Shown in pieces: positions 61,026 through 64,000 of a stretch of DNA of 64,000 bases. The notes below the pieces were generated by a model. That model saw only the letters and a program-made list of their open reading frames with translations. It did not search any database and was not told the origin of the DNA. The stretch comes from an uncultured Spirochaetota bacterium (GTDB lineage: Bacteria > Spirochaetota > UBA4802 > UBA5550): positions 224,001-288,000 of the forward strand of contig CAWHAA010000005.1 in NCBI GenBank assembly GCA_963827275.1, written 5' to 3'. How positions within the stretch are numbered: the stretch's first letter is position 1; each line of letters starts with the position of its first letter. Position numbers and translations under genes: made by a program.

Positions 61026-62247
61026 TATTTTTATTTGCTGATTTTTCGTTATTCAGGATCAGGTGCCCCATCTTATCCCGTTTGGCCCGTAAATAATGTA
61101 CATTCTGCTCCTGAGGTTCCACCTCAATTGAGACGCGCTCTATAATCTCGAGACCGTAGCCGTCGAGCCCGATGACTTTCTTGGGGTTGTTTGTCAAAAG
61201 GCGAATCTTGTGAAGACCCAGATCAACCAGGATCTGGGCGCCAATGCCGTAATCACGAAGGTCGGGCGGAAAGCCAAGCTCGATATTCGCTTCAACAGTG
61301 TCCATCCCCTTGTCCTGAAGGTGATAGGCCTTTATCTTGTTTCCCAATCCTATCCCGCGTCCTTCCTGGCGCATATATAATATTACGCCGAGACCTTCGC
61401 TGTTAATCATTTCCATTGCGCGATGTATTTGTGTGCCGCAATCACAGCGCAGCGATCCAAAAACGTCCCCCGTGAGACATTCCGAATGAACGCGCACCAG
61501 GACATTCTCTTTTCCATCAACATTTCCTTTTACCAGCGCCACATGGGTTGCCGCGCCGACTTCGGACTGGTATGCAATGATTTTGAAATCACCGAACATT
61601 GTCGGCAGGTTCGCTTCGGATACCCTTCGTACAAGTCTCTCTTTATGCTGTCGAAACTTAATGAGATCCGCGATTGTGGCTATTTTCAATCCATGCTTTT
61701 CGGCAAACTTGTCCAGATCTGGACGCCGGGCCATTGTCCCGTCATCGTTAAGGATTTCGCAAATGACGCCTGAAGGCTTCAATCCGGCAAGCCGTGTCAG
61801 GTCAACCACGCCCTCTGTATGCCCGGCACGCACCAGTACGCCGCCGTTACGTGCGGCCAGCGGGAATATATGACCGGGTTTTCTGAGATCGCCCGGCCCG
61901 GACGAATTATCGATAAGCACCCTGACCGTCCTGGCCCTGTCATGCGCGGATATGCCCGTTGTTGTTTCTTCCCGGGCATCGACGGAGACAGTAAACGCCG
62001 TTCCATATTTATCCTGATTATTCTCCACCATGAGGTCCAGTTCAAGCTCGCGTGCCCTGGCCTGGGTCATTGGCACACATATGAGGCCCCTGCCATAAGT
62101 TGCCATGAAATTAATTACTTCTGGAGTGCAATATTCGGCGGCAATGACCAGATCACCCTCGTTTTCCCGGTCCTCATTATCGACCAATATTATCATTCTG
62201 CCATTGCGCAATTCTTCTATTGCTTCTGGGATAGGACATGAATTCAC
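61018..62247 (-). CDS. ribBA: Bifunctional DHBP synthase/GTP cyclohydrolase II
   Basis: [19 protein letters not shown]...RCDC, QEGRGIG and TNNP motifs; GTG start with AAGGAG RBS. Confidence 0.95.
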   Translation of the reverse strand: MNSCPIPEAIEELRNGRMIILVDNEDRENEGDLVIAAEYCTPEVINFMATYGRGLICVPMTQARARELELDLMVENNQDKYGTAFTVSVDAREETTTGISAHDRARTVRVLIDNSSGPGDLRKPGHIFPLAARNGGVLVRAGHTEGVVDLTRLAGLKPSGVICEILNDDGTMARRPDLDKFAEKHGLKIATIADLIKFRQHKERLVRRVSEANLPTMFGDFKIIAYQSEVGAATHVALVKGNVDGKENVLVRVHSECLTGDVFGSLRCDCGTQIHRAMEMINSEGLGVILYMRQEGRGIGLGNKIKAYHLQDKGMDTVEANIELGFPPDLRDYGIGAQILVDLGLHKIRLLTNNPKKVIGLDGYGLEIIERVSIEVEPQEQNVHYLRAKRDKMGHLILNNEKSANKNNE

Positions 62248-62351
62248 CGGAGTACTCCTTTTTACAAGAAATCCAGGCAAGGGAACCTGGAGCATTAATA
62301 AAATCTACCATAATATAGTCAAGGGTTTTTAATCTGATTTCTTCCTGATTA

Positions 62352-63308
62352 TCAGTCTGGCCCTGTCGGTTCCCGGTAAGGATCAGTACCAATCAATAAA
62401 TCAAGAATTCTGTGAACCTCATCCCTCTCTATAGCCATGACCAGGTCTTTGCGGATATGCCTGGCACCATGAAAAGCATGAATATAATGAACAAAATGTT
62501 TACGCATAAGCATAATTCCACGATCGCCATGCAATTCAATCATAAGATCAAGGTGTCCTTTTATCTGGTCCACCACTTCTTCTATAGATGGTTGTTTACC
62601 TGAAAAAATCCAGGGGTTTCCGATTGCTCCACGCCCAATCATGACTGCCTGACACCCTGAAAACTCCATTTTCTCAACGGCTTCCCCGTATGAATGTATA
62701 TCTCCGTTTCCCACAATCGGGACCCGTGCCCGGGACGCTATATCACGTATGATATTCCAATCAGCGGCCCCCCCATACTGCTGGGCACGCGTTCTTCCAT
62801 GGACAAATATCATGGAAACGCCGGCATCTTCAAGAGCCCTGGTGGTGTCAGAGTAACTGAGTGAAGAATGATCCCATCCCAGCCGTATTTTTGCAGAAAC
62901 AGGAATATGGACGCGCTTTACAATACTTGACGCAATAGTATTGATCTTTTTCGGGTCCAGCAGCAACGCCGCGCCCGATCCTGACGCGCATATCCGCCGC
63001 GCCGGGCACCCCATGTTGATGTCAATCATGTCGGGTCCAAGGCTTTCCACCACAACTGCCGCTTCTGACATGATTTCAGGATTATTGCCGAATATCTGTA
63101 TCGCTATCGGCCGTTCTTCTTCATGAAAATAAGCAAGCTCCATGGTCTTCCGGTTCTTGCGCACGATCCCCTCTGCGGAGATAAGTTCCGTTACGACAAG
63201 CCCGGCACCATGACGCCGCGCAATTCTCCTGAATGGTGAATCGGCGAAACCCGCGATTGGCGCCAGCATCAACCTGCTTGCGGACCTGACATGACCGATA
63301 TCAATCAT
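62352..63308 (-). CDS. dusB: tRNA-dihydrouridine synthase DusB family
   Basis: LAP.AG, DINMGCP, HGRT, GNGDI and MIGRG motifs. Confidence 0.92.
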   Translation of the reverse strand: MIDIGHVRSASRLMLAPIAGFADSPFRRIARRHGAGLVVTELISAEGIVRKNRKTMELAYFHEEERPIAIQIFGNNPEIMSEAAVVVESLGPDMIDINMGCPARRICASGSGAALLLDPKKINTIASSIVKRVHIPVSAKIRLGWDHSSLSYSDTTRALEDAGVSMIFVHGRTRAQQYGGAADWNIIRDIASRARVPIVGNGDIHSYGEAVEKMEFSGCQAVMIGRGAIGNPWIFSGKQPSIEEVVDQIKGHLDLMIELHGDRGIMLMRKHFVHYIHAFHGARHIRKDLVMAIERDEVHRILDLLIGTDPYREPTGPD

Positions 63309-63366
63309 AGCATGTTATCTTCCAGCTCTCTTTTACTGTTTCTTAACTATATACAATACAAATAAA

Positions 63367-63392
63367 ATAAAAAATGGGGCATAACGCCCCAT
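63367..63392 (-). terminator. Rho-independent terminator after the small Cys-rich gene
   Basis: ATGGGGC-gttat-GCCCCAT followed by a T run on the minus strand. Confidence 0.7.
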
Positions 63393-63426
63393 CTGTTAAA
63401 TTAAAATTTTAAATTTTACAAAACAA

Positions 63427-63627
63427 TTATTTGCATTTACCCTTACACCTGCAATGTTCCTTCACCTTTTTCCCGTCTTTTCCTTTTTTGGTGTCCACCC
63501 AGGTACAGTCCGTCCGTTCCTTGCATCTATCGATTTTCAGCTCATTGCACGGTTTCATTTTCGGCGCAGCGGAAAGGACACCGGTAACGCAAAACACCAT
63601 TGCAAGAATAACTATCTTTTTAACCAT
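63427..63627 (-). CDS. Small secreted cationic Cys-rich protein
   Basis: 66 aa, AAGGAGG RBS, signal peptide, six Cys in the mature part, own terminator. Confidence 0.75.
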   Translation of the reverse strand: MVKKIVILAMVFCVTGVLSAAPKMKPCNELKIDRCKERTDCTWVDTKKGKDGKKVKEHCRCKGKCK

Positions 63628-63804
63628 TGAATTCCTCCTTATAAAATAATGTGACGCGGAGTACACCCCTGCGCGTGGCTGGTTGTCCTGCTTTTCACGG
63701 GCATATTGCCGCTTGAGATTGATAGATTATTTACTGAATAAATATTGTCAACTCATTTAGAAACCGGGGTCAGAGCAAACCGGTATGGGCGCCGCAATAT
63801 TGAT

Positions 63805-63818
63805 ACCGATAACTATCG
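63805..63818 (+). repeat. ACCGATAACTATCG motif copy 9 (intergenic, 39 nt after the start of GGGGTCAGAG at 63766)
   Basis: Exact 14-mer. Confidence 0.85.
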
Positions 63819-63937
63819 CCATATAATCAATCTCCCCCATAAAAAAACCATCAGTCCCCTCGAAAAAAACATTTCACCATCCGCCGCTCCCGTTCGTATA
63901 CCTCCAGTTCGATCATACATTCACCGGGGTATAACTC

Positions 63938-64000
63938 ATGCTGTCGAAATCCATATCGTCCGGCATCCATGGCATCGACGCGCGGATAATCGATGTTGAA
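63938..64000 (+). CDS. comM: YifB/ComM Mg-chelatase-like AAA+ protein, 5' end only
   Basis: MLSKSISSGIHGIDARIIDVE matches the typical N-terminus; truncated by the window edge. Confidence 0.7.
   Translation, partial: MLSKSISSGIHGIDARIIDVE

Noticed and set aside
63650..63710. Possible c-di-GMP-I riboswitch in the leader of the Cys-rich gene (GGCAA...GAAA...GGAC...GCC)
   Set aside because: Lacks the conserved GCAAA segment and a recognisable second stem; the resemblance is too weak without an Infernal scan.
4444..63818. ACCGATAA read as a sigma28 -10 box, a CRISPR repeat or parS
   Set aside because: Copies lie mid-gene and extend into a longer palindrome, they are not regularly spaced, and they do not match the parS consensus.
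1..64000. tRNA, rRNA, CRISPR array, IS element, prophage or defence island
   Set aside because: No recognisable signatures found by manual reading; small RNAs could have been missed without a covariance-model scan.

Overview
64-kb bacterial chromosomal window, mostly GC-rich, with roughly 55 genes. Gene content suggests a free-living spirochaete-like diderm (inference): housekeeping genes (hrpB, a stand-alone fusA paralog, aroA-aroH, trxB, mtnA, ribBA, dusB, the 5' end of comM), envelope genes (lolA, tandem FadL-like barrels, a beta-propeller/OmpA fusion, a 1406-aa class A PBP, several lipoproteins) and signalling genes (STAS, two PP2C/SpoIIE phosphatases, HATPase-HDOD, receiver-HATPase). I saw no rRNA, tRNA, CRISPR array, transposase or prophage gene. 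Three things stand out. (1) An unannotated 48-codon membrane ORF at 48764-48910 has its own promoter and an in-frame UGA followed by a hairpin, making it a candidate small selenoprotein (U-x4-C) next to trxB. (2) A near-palindromic motif, ACCGATAACTATC(GG), occurs as nine exact + strand copies in genes (three different reading frames) and in intergenic DNA; it co-clusters with a second motif, GGGGTCAGAG, and with local AT enrichment. (3) At least eight single-base (+1) insertions break seven otherwise intact genes, most likely sequencing/consensus errors. All motif counts were made by eye.
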